Shown here: positions 61,745 to 64,000 of the stretch, piece by piece
Layout of the letters: every line of letters begins with the position of its first letter
How positions within the stretch are numbered: the stretch's first letter is position 1
NCBI RefSeq assembly: GCF_009914755.1
Contig: NC_060929.1
DNA: 64,000 nucleotides
Reading direction: 5' to 3' (one strand)
Source: the human T2T-CHM13v2.0 reference genome, Homo sapiens
Translations under genes and position numbers: made by a program
Notes under the pieces: model-generated
The model's input: the letters and a program-made list of their open reading frames with translations, nothing else
The model's database searches: none
Told to the model about the DNA's origin: nothing

Positions 61745-61977
61745 TGAGAATGAGAAGATAAATTTTAAAATCTAATAAAGCTTGGCATCAAAACAGTTAC
61801 GAAAATCTACAGTATGGTACAAAAAAATTACAAAATTGGCACCCTAGAACAGCTCTAATTTTAATCACAAAAAAATTGTTATTAAGACATTTAGTTTAAG
61901 AGGAAAAGGTTATCCTTAGCCTACTTGCACACTTGATTGAGAAGTAAATATTTACTCAGGTACTAGCAGCTATGTAT

Positions 61978-62585
61978 TTAGATATTATTTGCCAATTCTG
62001 TATCTGTGAAATCGCCTGCTTACTAAAATTTATGTATAAACCCAACATGCACAAGCACAGAACAGCAAAAATTTAGAGTTGCCCAATGCACACATTCCCA
62101 GCTGAGGTAGAATTCAGTGATGCTGTATCTTGTTTCAGCTCTCATACTGTAAATATGTGTCTTTTTCACAGCCTATTTAGTGCCACATTTTTGCACTGTT
62201 GTGCTTTTTGTTGGCGATTCCACTACGTGGCCCGCAACTTGTAGCACTGAAGTGCTGTCTAGAGTTCCTGAGCTCAAGAAGACTGTGATGTGTCTCATGA
62301 AGAAAACACATGTCAGATAAGCTTAATTCAGACATGAGTTATAGTGCTATTGGGCATAAGTTCAATGTTAATGAATCAATGATATTTATGAAATATGGTG
62401 TATGTAAACAGAAACACATGTAAAACAAGGCCATGTTGTACTGCTTGGTTAACTAAAATGCAATCAAAGGCTAGTAGGAACCTAATCCTGTATTTTCCCT
62501 AGAGACAATGGTTCGGTATTCACTAACTCAGTGTTCACAGAAACTTTCTAGAACCTAACTATCACAAATAACAAGCACTGACTGC
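61978..62585. mobile_element. MER82-like (TcMar-Tigger) element
   Basis: ttactaaaatttatg...ttcccagctgagg...ggaacctaatcctgtatttt...gactg. Confidence 0.7.
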
Positions 62586-62713
62586 ATACATAAGCGTTTT
62601 CTGGAAGCCGAATATATATACCAAAGTGCCCAAATCATAACTGTACAGCTCCATGAATCTACAAAACAAACACACTTGTGTAACTAGTACCCAAGTCAAG
62701 AAGCAAAATATAA

Positions 62714-63174
<461 letters not shown>

Positions 63175-63712
63175 AAGTCATACTTCTTTATGTCTGGCTT
63201 CTTTCACCAACATTATGTTTATGTAATTCATTCATGTTGTTATGTGTAGTTTAGTTTTTACTGCTGTAGAGCATTCCATTACATATACCACCATTTGTTC
63301 ATTCTGTTGTTGACAGGAACTGGGGTTATTACAGACAGTGTTAATACGAATAGTGTTAATAACTTGCTAGCTTAATATTTTTAAAAACTTTTTCCCTTAA
63401 TTACATTAAATGCAAATATTAAAAAAAGCTACTTGTCATATAAACATCTCTAAATCAGTAGATGTAAACACAATAATGCTACAAAACTGCAGGCAAGTTA
63501 ACAGAGATGGTACAGGAATGAAGAAAAGAAGTATAAAGTTGTGGCAGTGAGCTAAATAAAGAAGCACTCATTTTATAGAAAAAAATGTATCTAAAACTAT
63601 AGTCATATCCTGATATACAAAAAAGATAAAGTATTTTGTCTTAAGATAGACTGGATAACAGAGCTAATAGATTAAACTAAAACCAGTGATGAAAAAATGA
63701 CTCAAAATCAAG

Positions 63713-64000
<288 letters not shown>

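Overview
AT-rich, repeat-dense primate (almost certainly human) genomic DNA. It holds the 3' end of DTWD2 (tRNA-uridine aminocarboxypropyltransferase 2) on the minus strand: a 129-nt penultimate coding exon (11152-11280), the last coding exon (3973-4143) and a long Alu-containing 3' UTR. Everything from 11281 to the window end is one large intron filled with Alu, L1, L2, MIR, MaLR/ERV LTRs and DNA transposons, often nested. Nearly all ORF-track entries are repeat-derived or chance. The most unusual items are a perfect 49-bp-arm palindrome (18258-18357), a tail-to-tail L1 junction bridged by tandem mini-hairpins (27110-27770), two candidate poison exons next to UG/CA repeats (28.1-29.1 kb), short locally copied duplications, and inverted Alus in the 3' UTR with poly(A) signals that could include or exclude them. 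I see no evidence for a wholly new multi-gene system. Repeat subfamily names come from recalled consensus sequences and need RepeatMasker/Dfam confirmation.
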